The notes under the pieces are model-generated. The model saw only the letters and a list, made by a program, of their open reading frames with translations, made no database searches and was not told the origin of the DNA. Below, piece after piece: positions 9,031 through 19,086 of a stretch of 64,000 nt of DNA. A program made the position numbers and the translations under genes. Source of the DNA: a virus. Position 1 is the stretch's first letter, and each line of letters opens with the position of its first letter. The stretch spans positions 207,192-271,191 of IMG/VR virus record IMGVR_UViG_3300050821_002957; one strand, written 5' to 3'.

Positions 9031-9220
9031 AAAATTTTTGGAAGAAAAACGTCAAAAAGCTCCAAAAATGAAGAAAATAAACAAGTTTTACTGGTTTTTG
9101 GCAATCGGGACAGCGTTTTTTTGCATTCTCGTCCAGCTTTATGGCATCTATGCAGAAGCGCAGATGCAAGAAAACTACTGTCAAGGAAAAGCCTTCATCG
9201 AACGCCTCTATAGCGAATAA
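9011..9220 (+). CDS. small membrane protein
   Basis: 69 aa from ATG 9011 with GAGGAAG SD; one TM helix (FYWFLAIGTAFFCILVQLYGIY). Confidence 0.4.
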   Translation: MNYTTFEKFLEEKRQKAPKMKKINKFYWFLAIGTAFFCILVQLYGIYAEAQMQENYCQGKAFIERLYSE

Positions 9221-9225
9221 TTTTT

Positions 9226-9264
9226 GATACATCTATTGACTTCGGTCGGCATTTTTGCTAAGAT
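9226..9264 (+). promoter_or_regulatory. promoter: GATACATCT-A-TTGACT / 17 nt / extended -10 TGcTAAGAT
   Basis: read directly; nearly identical to promoter at 27647. Confidence 0.5.
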
Positions 9265-9272
9265 GGACTCAT

Positions 9273-9917
9273 ATGAAACGTGAGATTGCCTACGAAGGAA
9301 TGAAAACGCCGTGGGGTAAAGCGCAAAGTGCTCAGGAAGTCATCACTGGCATGTACTTCGTCACCACCGCTGGTCATGGCGGCATGAAGCTCAGTATCAA
9401 GTTGAACAAACTGATCCCGGACTACATGCGGAACCAGGGTGGATGGTACGAAGAGGACATCGACTGGTGCATTCCTTACGTAATTCTGGCAACTCACGAT
9501 CTCTTGACCAATCCCAAGTTTGGTGAAGACGTAGACAAGGCTGTTGCCCTACTTCGGAATTGGAAGCCGATGATGTACGAGCGCTTTTTCGATGTCGTCC
9601 TCAAACCCGGCGAGTCCATGAAGAAGGACGAAATGACATGGCAGTCGTACAACGCCGACAAGTTGCAAGTGCTCGCCGCCTGGGGTTCCGGCCAAAATGT
9701 TCGTCTTTCCCCGCCAGCATACGGTGACGGTCCTCTTGTCGAATACGTAGTCAAGCCGGGTTTCGTTCTCGTAGTCGCTGCTGTCGGCGGTCGCACCAAT
9801 CACATCACAGAACACGAAGAGGCATATTATCTTGTGCCCGACGCCGAATATCAGGCTCATGGTCCTCATGGCTTCATCGTCGATCCAACCCATCATCAAA
9901 AGGTGAGTCATGTTTGA
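9273..9917 (+). CDS. hypothetical protein (leaderless ATG 9273 or SD-preceded ATG 9300)
   Basis: ORF to 9917. Confidence 0.5.
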   Translation: MKREIAYEGMKTPWGKAQSAQEVITGMYFVTTAGHGGMKLSIKLNKLIPDYMRNQGGWYEEDIDWCIPYVILATHDLLTNPKFGEDVDKAVALLRNWKPMMYERFFDVVLKPGESMKKDEMTWQSYNADKLQVLAAWGSGQNVRLSPPAYGDGPLVEYVVKPGFVLVVAAVGGRTNHITEHEEAYYLVPDAEYQAHGPHGFIVDPTHHQKVSHV

Positions 9918-10088
9918 AAATTTGAAACACATCTTAGAAGTTTCGGAGCTTGACATCAAGACCGAATTGAATCGTGTCGAAGCACACCTAGAAACGATTC
10001 GAGGAAAAGCTGATGGTCCGATTCTCCGAGTGTACGAAAATTATCGAGATAAATTGAAGCAACTTTTGAAACAAGAAGGGAAGTAGTC

Positions 10089-10874
10089 ATGCAATTTCAA
10101 TCACCAGACGGCAAGATTGTTGAAGGTTGGATGCAAGCACACCGACCGACCAAGGGTGACATCCTCTACTACAACCAAGAGGGTTTCTTGCAGGCTGTCC
10201 GAAACAAAGAGATGTTGATCACGACGTTCGGTTGGAGTATGCCGGTGACCCATCGTGACACTGGCAAGCTCACTGGTTTCGTCTACGCCAACCGAGACCC
10301 TTCAGCCTCTCTGATCGACACCTGGATTCGCATCATCTACAACGGTGACGAAATTTATCCGGTCATCCAAACCGAGAAGTGCTCTATCTGTGGCCGGATC
10401 GCCAAAGGCATTCATCCCAGAGAAGGCTGCATCTTCGGTCGCATGGAAAAGGAACGTGCTGAAGAAGCAATTCGTCTCGCAAAATGGCGTGATGATCGTG
10501 TCAAAAATCTTGTTAGTGGATTCTTCGGATATCGAGAAGAGCATCCGACCGTCAACACCATCGTGAAGTGCGCCACCGACATCACACAATACACCGCAGA
10601 GGGTGCGTATGGCGAGTACCGTATGCATCTCCACCATGTCCTGTCCTTCCACGGCAAAGGCTACATGCCAGCGCTGTATCGAAAGCTGGCACAAGGTGGT
10701 ATCGAATGGGAAGGCAACGATAAAGTGTACAAGACTTACGACGAAGCCATCGAAGCCGGAAAGAAATATCTGACAGATCGTGTCAAGCGGGACAACGAAT
10801 CCTGGGCCAATTTTGAAGCACAGCAGGCCGATATCAAGCGCCGGAAAGAAGCAGGAGAATTTGACAACAAATGA
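10089..10874 (+). CDS. hypothetical protein with CxxC...C Zn motif
   Basis: 261-aa ORF, SD GAAGGGAAG. Confidence 0.5.
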   Translation: MQFQSPDGKIVEGWMQAHRPTKGDILYYNQEGFLQAVRNKEMLITTFGWSMPVTHRDTGKLTGFVYANRDPSASLIDTWIRIIYNGDEIYPVIQTEKCSICGRIAKGIHPREGCIFGRMEKERAEEAIRLAKWRDDRVKNLVSGFFGYREEHPTVNTIVKCATDITQYTAEGAYGEYRMHLHHVLSFHGKGYMPALYRKLAQGGIEWEGNDKVYKTYDEAIEAGKKYLTDRVKRDNESWANFEAQQADIKRRKEAGEFDNK

Positions 10875-11236
10875 TGTTGCCAATGTCTCTCTTTGTTGCT
10901 CTCATTGCCTTCTATTTTGCAGTGCGACCGGCATTCAACATCCAAAAGCTGCGAGACGAAGCCTGGGCGACAATTTTGAAGCAACAGGGAAGAACGTTGA
11001 TTCTCAGACAGGAAGTTTGGAATGATTTTAAAGAAAATTTCTGAACGAGCAATGGGCACGCCGGTCGAAGGCATCGAGATTCGCCTGACCACTGCCGAAG
11101 CCAAGTTAGTCCACAAAATTTTGTGTCATGGTGCAGCGAATCCACCAAGAGATCGAAGCGGAAACTCCAACTATGAAGAGCAGGAAACGGCTCGACAATT
11201 AGCTATCAAGATGGAAGAGACCTGGAAGATTCAACT

Positions 11237-11521
11237 ATGAAGAGCAACTATCCACCAGGAATGACAACTGGTCGCAGCGGAACTGACTGGAAAGTGCCTC
11301 AGATGTGCGACAAAGGTCATGTCTGGACGACACCAATGTTCAACGAGCTTGGTGGCGCTTTCTACGTCGATGAAGACAGTGGGCCGATGTGTCCGCAATG
11401 CAAAGGTCTGGAAACTGGTAACGTTGACCTTGCGGAGCGCACGTACAAAGTCATTTGTGAAGCAGGACAAGCTGACAAGGTTTTGCATGTCGGCCCGGAG
11501 GAACCCAGCTATGCCTTTTAA
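11237..11521 (+). CDS. hypothetical Zn-binding protein
   Basis: 94-aa ORF, CDKGH...CPQC. Confidence 0.4.
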   Translation: MKSNYPPGMTTGRSGTDWKVPQMCDKGHVWTTPMFNELGGAFYVDEDSGPMCPQCKGLETGNVDLAERTYKVICEAGQADKVLHVGPEEPSYAF

Positions 11522-11768
11522 GGAAGACAATTCGCTTTGCCACTGTGGATGCGGCCAGCTTGCTCGTCTGGTCAAGAATCCCATCAATCGCTTCGAGCAG
11601 TTTTGCAAGGAAATCGAAGCAGGACCATTTTCGATTTTATCCGCCAAAGATGAAATCAAGCAGTACATTCGTCTCTCGATGGAAGATGGTCATCGTCGTG
11701 GCTTCCATTCAGGATATCAAAAAGCTGCGACCGAAGCTGCCGAAGATGCAGCCGGTGAGAGCATATGA
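11511..11768 (+). CDS. hypothetical protein (CHCGCG motif)
   Basis: 85 aa from ATG 11511. Confidence 0.4.
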   Translation: MPFKEDNSLCHCGCGQLARLVKNPINRFEQFCKEIEAGPFSILSAKDEIKQYIRLSMEDGHRRGFHSGYQKAATEAAEDAAGESI

Positions 11769-11944
11769 AAAGAGGCCGAAAACCAAAGTTCACACAAGAA
11801 GAGATTGATCACATGAAAGAACTCTATCACCGCAAAGAAGGAACTCGGTGGGGCATTGGTGACATCGCTCGTCTGTATCGCACTACGTCGGCGACAGTGA
11901 ACCGGGCTATCGATGGAAAATTGCCTGCGAAAGACGCTGTATGA
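11765..11944 (+). CDS. small HTH DNA-binding protein
   Basis: 59 aa MKRGRKPKFTQEEIDHMKELYHRKEGTRWGIGDIARLYRTTSATVNRAI: basic N-term + helix-turn-helix pattern. Confidence 0.45.
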   Translation: MKRGRKPKFTQEEIDHMKELYHRKEGTRWGIGDIARLYRTTSATVNRAIDGKLPAKDAV

Positions 11945-12558
11945 TTCATCAGGACCAGATTTATCACATGTTCGCCGACACTCGAATGTTTTTCGGCATT
12001 CCTAATTTTTGGAATGTCGTGACGAATCTTCCATTCATTGTCGTTGCGATTTACGGTCTATGTCGTCTCAAAAAAATCAATGACGTGAACGAGATGACAA
12101 ACAAATACGTCATCCTGATCGCAACTCTGATGATTGGCCTCGGCTCCAGCTATTATCATTGGAACCCAAATGACAACACTCTGCTGTGGGATCGTCTTCC
12201 AATGGCTATCGTCTTCATGGGAATTGTTGCCGCCACTCTGAAGAGATTTTATGGTAGTTTGGTCTGCCTCGGAATTGGAAGTGTCTTGTGGTGGCACTTT
12301 ACCGGCGAGCTTCTGCCGTATGTCATTGTCCAATTTGGAGCCTTGCTGTTAGTGACCATATTCGACTGGAAACGTCTGTGGGCCGTGATTATGATGTACG
12401 CCATAGCAAAGGTACATGAACACTTCGACCATCAAATCTATCAAGCCTTTCCGCTCAGTGGTCACTCGATGAAACATCTCTTCGCTGCGGCTGCGATCCT
12501 GACGTACATAAATTTGACGATGGTAGCGAGAAAATATGACGATCTACGACACGAGTAA
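11941..12558 (+). CDS. polytopic membrane protein, ceramidase-like (CREST/PAQR-type) family
   Basis: 5-6 TM helices; YYHWNPNDNTLLWDRLPM and HEHFDHQ His clusters. Confidence 0.4.
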   Translation: MIHQDQIYHMFADTRMFFGIPNFWNVVTNLPFIVVAIYGLCRLKKINDVNEMTNKYVILIATLMIGLGSSYYHWNPNDNTLLWDRLPMAIVFMGIVAATLKRFYGSLVCLGIGSVLWWHFTGELLPYVIVQFGALLLVTIFDWKRLWAVIMMYAIAKVHEHFDHQIYQAFPLSGHSMKHLFAAAAILTYINLTMVARKYDDLRHE

Positions 12559-12775
12559 GACCACGAAAAAACCCGGCGAACCAGTCTACGGCAATCAAGT
12601 GGAAGCAGACCTCGCTCGACTGAATAAAGGTCTGGCGCACGCTGTAAAGAACGACGACAAGACGCTGATCGAATTTTACGGGAAGAAGATCGCTCAACTG
12701 AAAGCCGCCGACCTGATTCAGAAAACAGTGAAAGTGCCGAAGAACCAAAAGAAGAAGGGTAAGAAAAAGAAATGA
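12536..12775 (+). CDS. hypothetical Lys-rich protein
   Basis: 79-aa ORF. Confidence 0.35.
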   Translation: MTIYDTSKTTKKPGEPVYGNQVEADLARLNKGLAHAVKNDDKTLIEFYGKKIAQLKAADLIQKTVKVPKNQKKKGKKKK

Positions 12776-13056
12776 GCTACTTGAACAAAATGATCGCCAC
12801 GTTCCTGTGGATGATTTTCATCTTGATGTACCTCGCCACCGTTTGTTCGGCGGTTGGTATGGGTGCCTTGATCTACATTGGCATTCCATTTAAATGGTGG
12901 CATCTTGCACCTTGGTGGCATCTTCTTTATGGTGTGATCGTCACTTGTGCATTGGTGCCGCCTATTGTCAAATATGCAGATGTGGTCGGCGTTCCAATAG
13001 AAAACTTTTTGGATGCGATCTGGCAAACAATGAACAACTTTTGGGACAAAGAATGA
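12772..13056 (+). CDS. small membrane protein
   Basis: 94 aa, 2-3 TM. Confidence 0.4.
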   Translation: MSYLNKMIATFLWMIFILMYLATVCSAVGMGALIYIGIPFKWWHLAPWWHLLYGVIVTCALVPPIVKYADVVGVPIENFLDAIWQTMNNFWDKE

Positions 13057-13250
13057 TGGACATTACACTTCCACACTACGTCACTCGGGAAGATGCCGAA
13101 ATGCTTTTGCGAGGTTTAGGAGTCAAAGCATTTCGTTGTGTTTGGGATGGTGACTATCGAACCTTGTCGATCAAACCTTACGTACCAGACGAAGTGGACC
13201 GGCTGCGATTTCAAGCAATGCTCAGAAAGGAAAACTGCCAATGTCAATGA
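13054..13250 (+). CDS. hypothetical protein
   Basis: 65 aa from ATG 13054. Confidence 0.3.
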
Positions 13251-13431
13251 CACTACTTGGATATGTAATGAACGAAGCTGGGATCGAAGATCAGGTGATG
13301 ATGATCAGTCCCTTTTCGGTCATTCAGATATTCCCGGATGGTTCGGCAATGTTGTATAAAAACAACATGGTCTCCATCGATAAGATCAATCTCTCGCCGA
13401 CCGACATCAAATTCATCAAAGAGAGACTTTA

Positions 13432-13812
13432 ATGCCAGTGCCGCTGCCGTACAGAAAACCAAATCCGAATCATACGCAAGAGCAGGCCGATGCCAGAGAG
13501 CGCAAGCGTCAGCGCCGGATCGAAGACCAAAAGCGTAAAGGAACCTACGTCCCGACTCGTGAAGAAGCTCTGTACGATGCATTGGTCCCGGCGTTCAGAG
13601 CAGGTATGACAAAGGATGAAGTTCGCAATCTGGTCATGGCGGCTCGTATAGTCACCAACATGGGCACTTCTTTTACGCTTGACATGTTTGAGAAAATGTT
13701 GGAAGACCTAATGCAGCAAAACCTTTTCGTCAATGATATCCTGGAAGTGACCGCATTGGAAAAGGAAGGAATCTCGACGCCCATTGTGATCGAGACCGGA
13801 ATCAAAAAATGA
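13432..13812 (+). CDS. hypothetical protein
   Basis: 126-aa ORF. Confidence 0.4.
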   Translation: MPVPLPYRKPNPNHTQEQADARERKRQRRIEDQKRKGTYVPTREEALYDALVPAFRAGMTKDEVRNLVMAARIVTNMGTSFTLDMFEKMLEDLMQQNLFVNDILEVTALEKEGISTPIVIETGIKK

Positions 13813-13955
13813 TCCAGATCCGATTCAGTAATTTTGTTTGTTTTCTCGCCGGATGGCTTGCGGGATGGATCGTCCTTGGGTTTTCGTACTTGGCAGCGAG
13901 AGCCGTGGTCGCTTCAAAACGTCTGAAAAAGTTGGAGGAAAAATATCGTGATTGA
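13809..13955 (+). CDS. small membrane protein (48 aa)
   Basis: ATGA overlap; one TM helix. Confidence 0.3.
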   Translation: MIQIRFSNFVCFLAGWLAGWIVLGFSYLAARAVVASKRLKKLEEKYRD

Positions 13956-14126
13956 TCAACTGATTCGTACTCTCAAAGGGGTTCTCCCGGAATCGACCTG
14001 GGATTTCATCTTTGACCAATTTGAAATGAAGAAGGTTCGTTTTACAGAGCCGGTATATGAAGCTGTCATGCTCAACAGGCGTTACATGCTTGTTCGTGTG
14101 ACCCAAAAGGAAAAAGAAGAAAAACC

Positions 14127-14390
14127 ATGAAGACCATTTATGAAGCTACAAAAAATTCTGATCAAACCGAAGGCCGGGGACAGACCGTTCGCATCGCAGC
14201 CTTCTCAAAAGTAAACGATGCTCGACGTGCCGCCAAAGGCCAAGGTGTAATGGGCTACGGCGATGGTGACGTACAGAGCCTCGAAGTCTACGATTCCTTT
14301 GAAGAGTATGAAGGCGTCAACAAAAAGACTCTTCGTAAACGTGCATTGGCGAAACTTACACCAGAAGAAAAAGAGGCTCTCGAACTCTAA
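14127..14390 (+). CDS. hypothetical protein
   Basis: 87-aa ORF. Confidence 0.4.
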   Translation: MKTIYEATKNSDQTEGRGQTVRIAAFSKVNDARRAAKGQGVMGYGDGDVQSLEVYDSFEEYEGVNKKTLRKRALAKLTPEEKEALEL

Positions 14391-14503
14391 TGTACATTCC
14401 TGACATGCATAACGTTCCGTGGCCGACGCAGCTTGCCTACTGCGCTGTTGTTGTCTTGGTACTGGCAATCGTGCGGATGATCTTCAAAACGAAAGGATAA
14501 GTC

Positions 14504-15016
14504 ATGAACGAACTTACAAAAAAAAGAGAAGAAGGAAAATTATATTCCGGTAAGATTCCGACCGATTACATTCCACTAATTTCGGACGAACGACTACAAG
14601 AACTTGCTCGTATCCGGCCACTCATTGTTCGCAACGGAAAACGGGTCTATGTGACGAATACAAGCCTCGATGACCTTAAAGGAATAGCCTTCACCTGGGC
14701 AGAAGGAAAGTCTGTCGGTAACGTTGCGAAAGACCTCGAATCGTTTCATACCATCATTACCTATCATACCTGGGCCTATTATGGTTTCTTCAAGCCGACA
14801 CAGGCCGAAGTGCTGGCAAAGCTCAATCAAGAATTCACCAACGAGGCTCTTCAAAACGTCGTGGCATACTCGACGCAGGGTCCTGAAACGTCAGACGACT
14901 TGAACAAAAATCCAGACGTGTTGAACGATGGATACCACGAAGCAGTCACGACTCTCTATCGACAAAAATTTCAGCCTTTACAACCGAAATTGATTTGTGC
15001 TAAAATTGACGCATGA
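14504..15016 (+). CDS. hypothetical protein
   Basis: 170-aa ORF. Confidence 0.45.
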   Translation: MNELTKKREEGKLYSGKIPTDYIPLISDERLQELARIRPLIVRNGKRVYVTNTSLDDLKGIAFTWAEGKSVGNVAKDLESFHTIITYHTWAYYGFFKPTQAEVLAKLNQEFTNEALQNVVAYSTQGPETSDDLNKNPDVLNDGYHEAVTTLYRQKFQPLQPKLICAKIDA

Positions 15017-15188
15017 CCGCTGCAAAACAAATTCGCACAATCACACCGCCAACTCATGAAGAAATCGCAGTTCTTGCCTATGAACTGTGGGAAATTCGTG
15101 GTTGCCCGGAAGGGTCCTCTGAAGAGGATTGGTTCTCAGCCGAACGCCAGTTGACCGAAACTGCGTCGTAACCAAAACAAAGGAAATT

Positions 15189-16046
15189 ATGGGACGTACT
15201 GTCAAGCGAGTGCCTCTGGATTTCGACTGGGAACTGAATGAGCCGTGGGAAGGGTTTTTGAATCCTCTCTACAAGGCTCGCAAATGTGAATGTGAACATG
15301 GCCTGTCCCCAGAAGGCGAATTCATGCATAAGCAATGGTATGGATACGTCCCATTTTTTCCGAAAAAACCATTCGGCCCGGATCATCCTGCCGTCGTTCG
15401 TTTCGCCCAAAGACAACTGACTAATTCGCCGGAATATTATGGAAAGGGTGACTCTGCTCTACGCCGGGAATGTCAGCGTCTTGCCGGTCTGTTCGACACT
15501 CGGTGGTGCCATCATTTGGACGCCGAAGACGTAAAGGCCCTGGTAGATGGAGGACGCCTCCGCAACTTCACCAGCAGCGCAGAAACGCCACCAGAAGGCA
15601 CTCTAGTAAAGTACCCGACACCAGATGCGGTCAACGAATGGAGCATTGGCGGTTTCGGACATGATGCTCTTAATTGTTACATGGTCATCGAAGCCAAATG
15701 CCTGCGGCTAGGTTACCCGTACCAATGTGCTTTGTGCAACGGTCATGCGGCAATTTGGGATAATCCAGAGGAAAAGGCAGCATACGAAGCCTGGGAACCG
15801 ACCGAACCGCCGACCGGCCCTGGATACCAATTATGGGAAACGGTTTCCGAAGGCTCGCCGATCTCTCCGGTCTTTGCAACCGAAGAAGATTTTACTCGAT
15901 ATTTGCTCCAGAGCGGTTATTCTCGTCGAGCCATCCGAAATTTCATCAAATCCGGCTGGGCACCTTCGGCGACGATTGTAGACGGCGAATTGAAGCCGAA
16001 CATTCACGCTGCCGAAGATTTTGGGCAACTGAGCATTCAAGCCTAA
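15189..16046 (+). CDS. hypothetical protein
   Basis: 285 aa from ATG 15189 with AAAGGAAA SD; GC-richer than neighbours. Confidence 0.5.
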   Translation: MGRTVKRVPLDFDWELNEPWEGFLNPLYKARKCECEHGLSPEGEFMHKQWYGYVPFFPKKPFGPDHPAVVRFAQRQLTNSPEYYGKGDSALRRECQRLAGLFDTRWCHHLDAEDVKALVDGGRLRNFTSSAETPPEGTLVKYPTPDAVNEWSIGGFGHDALNCYMVIEAKCLRLGYPYQCALCNGHAAIWDNPEEKAAYEAWEPTEPPTGPGYQLWETVSEGSPISPVFATEEDFTRYLLQSGYSRRAIRNFIKSGWAPSATIVDGELKPNIHAAEDFGQLSIQA

Positions 16047-16114
16047 ATTTCCAGACTTCCTAAATAGTATAGCCGACGCACGCCGAAACCCGTTAGAATA
16101 ACTTCCAATGGGGT

Positions 16115-16140
16115 CACGGCGAAGCCGTGCGCCGAAGGCG
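16115..16140. terminator. two adjacent GNA-loop hairpins (CACGGCgaaGCCGTG, CGCCgaaGGCG) in convergent intergenic region
   Basis: read directly; no U-tract, so may be RNA-stability hairpins rather than a terminator. Confidence 0.3.
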
Positions 16141-16702
16141 CAAGCGGTTGACACTTTTGGATATCGTTATTCTACTGGTGGAACCTCGATTTGATCTTTG
16201 TGGATGAGTGTAGGGAAGCTCAGATGTGGGAACTGGACGGCGATTGCGTTCGATGCCATCCGATTTTGAATTCCCGGCCAGACGTTCTGAACTCGTTCAT
16301 CCATCGCATCCAACGTCTCAAGTACAGTCCCCTTAGGAACAAAGTGACCGGCAATGTTGCAGCCAAACTTGAGAACAACAGTCTTCATTTTTAAAATCCA
16401 TCGACAAACACTGCTTGGATCTGCTGCCAGGAAAGCTCAGTCCATCTCCCTTCTTCTTCAATCCACATCCGTACATTTTCAAATCCCTCGTTGAATACTA
16501 CCGTTCTGTATTCTTCGGCGTGGCTGAAAGTAACGTCTGGGCGAGATGGCAATCGGAGCTTGTAGCGCAACATCGAGACTATTTACACGCTCATGCAATT
16601 CTTTTGGAACCTGAACTGTGATGTCAGATAGGATTATATCCAATCTTGCAATTATTTCGGATCTCGTCGGAACAGGATATTGCTGATTGACGTAAGTAAC
16701 AC

Positions 16703-16954
16703 TCATGTCAAATCGTGCATGAACCGAATCGCAGCGGCGGCGATCTGCATTGCTTCTTCTCGCATCAATTGAGGATTACGAACTTTCTTTTTCTTCTTGA
16801 CTTCATCCCATAGCTCATCGACTTCTTCGTACAGGATGCCCCAGCCTTCATGTGGAGAACTAAAGGGATCATTTTTACTCGCCACTCGACGGACTTCTGC
16901 ATCGACCAGCGCATTCATCTCGGCCAACTTCGTTTCGTTAAGCTCTCGTGCCAT
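16703..16954 (-). CDS. possible MazG-like all-alpha NTP pyrophosphohydrolase
   Basis: HEGWGILYEEVDELWDEV resembles EExGE/E..D metal-binding helix pair; weak. Confidence 0.3.
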   Translation of the reverse strand: MARELNETKLAEMNALVDAEVRRVASKNDPFSSPHEGWGILYEEVDELWDEVKKKKKVRNPQLMREEAMQIAAAAIRFMHDLT

Positions 16955-17531
16955 TATTTCTCCAGGAACTCATTGTGATTCGTTTGCCACATACTCCACA
17001 CTTCTGACAGCAAGGTCTCACATGCTTTCCTCCTGTTCTGTGACATGAACAGTGGCACGTCGCTGCATTTTCTCGATGATTGCACCCGGAACCTTGACTT
17101 CGACCTTCTTTTCTTTCTTCCAAAAACTCATCCATCCTATCCAGGCGCACGTAGCGTACTGCCCTTTGATTTCCCAACAATTCCCACTGTGCCAATAAAT
17201 CCGACAGACGTATTCTCCATCAGCGTCTTCTGTAAGAGTGACGCCAGCCACAGCTTCAACTTCCACACCATGTTTTGGAGAAAGTCGGAGGATCATGCAA
17301 ATGCGCTCTCGACTAACGTCATGATTCTGTCTGGAACCTTAACTACAATCTTAGACCGTTTTTGCGGAGTGTCAAATCGGTAAAGCGTCCCATCTGTATT
17401 CATCAACTTCCGTGTTTCCGAATCAAAAATCAATTTGTGAAATGATCCGTCAAATTTCTTTATCCCTGTTTCGTATAGCATTGCGTTGCTCCCGAACTTC
17501 AAAATAAGACATCACGAACATGTACTTCAAT

Positions 17532-18134
17532 TTATGATTCAGGCACAATGTCCACTGGACCGGCAGCAGAAGGAAGGGCGGGAATAGACTCTTTGAAGAG
17601 GATAGGTTGAGCTACTTCGTCATAAGGCATCGAAACGATAGAAGCAGCAAGTCTTTGGACACATTCTTTGAGCATCCTGTTGTGCTGCTCGACCGCTTCA
17701 TCCCATGTCGAACAACGCTCACAAGGTTCATAATCTTCTTCGCCACCAAAAACCATCGTCTCGAAAAGAATAGGCTCGTTGCTGTCGCCGAAGTTGTGAT
17801 CGAGAACCAAGAAAACCGTGCTGACGGTATAGGGACCAACCTTCGTAAAAGCAACCCTGCATTCTTCACGAGACGGCCAGAAGCAATCCAAGTCAAATTC
17901 GACCGGGACACGATTAATAAGCTGGTAGGTTTTCTTCATAAAATGCTGCCTTACCCGTTCGTCTTGTCGTCTCCAGCCTTCTGATTTGTAATAACACGCA
18001 TCTCGATTAAAGTCTGGTCGTTTTTGTGCAGCAACATAATCTTCCCAAGATTCGATATCAACCTCTGTCAGAAGGGAAGGACGAAACCAAAAATCAAAAT
18101 CCTGTGGAAGTACATGATAATACCTGATGATCAC
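17532..18134 (-). CDS. hypothetical protein
   Basis: 200-aa ORF. Confidence 0.45.
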   Translation of the reverse strand: MIIRYYHVLPQDFDFWFRPSLLTEVDIESWEDYVAAQKRPDFNRDACYYKSEGWRRQDERVRQHFMKKTYQLINRVPVEFDLDCFWPSREECRVAFTKVGPYTVSTVFLVLDHNFGDSNEPILFETMVFGGEEDYEPCERCSTWDEAVEQHNRMLKECVQRLAASIVSMPYDEVAQPILFKESIPALPSAAGPVDIVPES

Positions 18135-18502
18135 AACAGCTTCAAGGTTCCTGTGATTTTGTCAACCTCGTCGGCGTAATCCGGCCCAATTGCCAGACAC
18201 GTCTTCGTTGGGACACCACCAAATTCCGTATGGCCTGCGTCTGTGATCACATAGGCCGTCAAATTTGCTGCTCGTGCCTTGGCTTCGATCTCCAGCAATT
18301 GTGCTTCAGAATCGACACGAACACAGATTTTTGTCTGACCCTGAATCATCCATTTCGTCTCAATGGATCGGGGACCAGAATCACCCAAAACACAATCGAT
18401 CAAAAATGCAATCGAAGCGTGTGCTCCCTGTGCGACCATCTTGCCCTTTCGCATGTTCAGGTCGTTCCGCATTACGATTACTTGTTTGATCTCTTTGCTC
18501 AT
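18131..18502 (-). CDS. pth2: peptidyl-tRNA hydrolase, PTH2 family
   Basis: KQVIVMRNDLNMRKGKMVAQGAHAS...W..GQTKI.V...SE..L......A....L.AYVITDAGHTEF...TKTCLAIGP....VDKITGTLKLL colinear with archaeal/eukaryotic PTH2. Confidence 0.8.
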   Translation of the reverse strand: MSKEIKQVIVMRNDLNMRKGKMVAQGAHASIAFLIDCVLGDSGPRSIETKWMIQGQTKICVRVDSEAQLLEIEAKARAANLTAYVITDAGHTEFGGVPTKTCLAIGPDYADEVDKITGTLKLL

Positions 18503-19086
18503 CGTTCTATACCATCACAACCATTCGTATGTGTGTCACCGTGGGTTGAACCGCACGCACATGTCTTTAGTCTCTTGTTGTTTTGTCCCCTTCCATCCTT
18601 CCATTCTATCCCAAAAGGACTCTCTTCCCAAGCTGGCTGATGCTGCTTCACTAGGCGTTCGTATTCCTTGATGGGCAAGTAGACGCCAATAGGAGTTTTC
18701 TCTCGTCCTGACACCAGCAGCGTCGGACCCTTCCCCGCCCACTTCTTGAACTTCTCGACACTCTGCGCTGAGATGTGTTTCAGTTCCGACATTAAAGCTG
18801 TTTTCATTGCTTTCTCTTTTCTTAAGCCATTCAGTTTCGACATTATTATTGGAAATGATTCTTCGTATGCCATCAATAAAAAAGACGGCTGTGAACGTAC
18901 CATCTTCAAAGTAGTCGATGCCGTATTCAGTACAACAATAATCGGCGTAATATCCGATAGGTACAACCTCTTTACGTCCTCTGTCCAAATTGGATCTTTA
19001 TGAGCACAGAATGTCTCATAGACACGCCGGTCATTGATTACGCAAGACTCGTTAACACCGTTGTACGTTATCCAAGTGTCTGTCAT
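18499..19086 (-). CDS. hypothetical protein
   Basis: 195-aa ORF. Confidence 0.45.
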   Translation of the reverse strand: MTDTWITYNGVNESCVINDRRVYETFCAHKDPIWTEDVKRLYLSDITPIIVVLNTASTTLKMVRSQPSFLLMAYEESFPIIMSKLNGLRKEKAMKTALMSELKHISAQSVEKFKKWAGKGPTLLVSGREKTPIGVYLPIKEYERLVKQHQPAWEESPFGIEWKDGRGQNNKRLKTCACGSTHGDTHTNGCDGIER

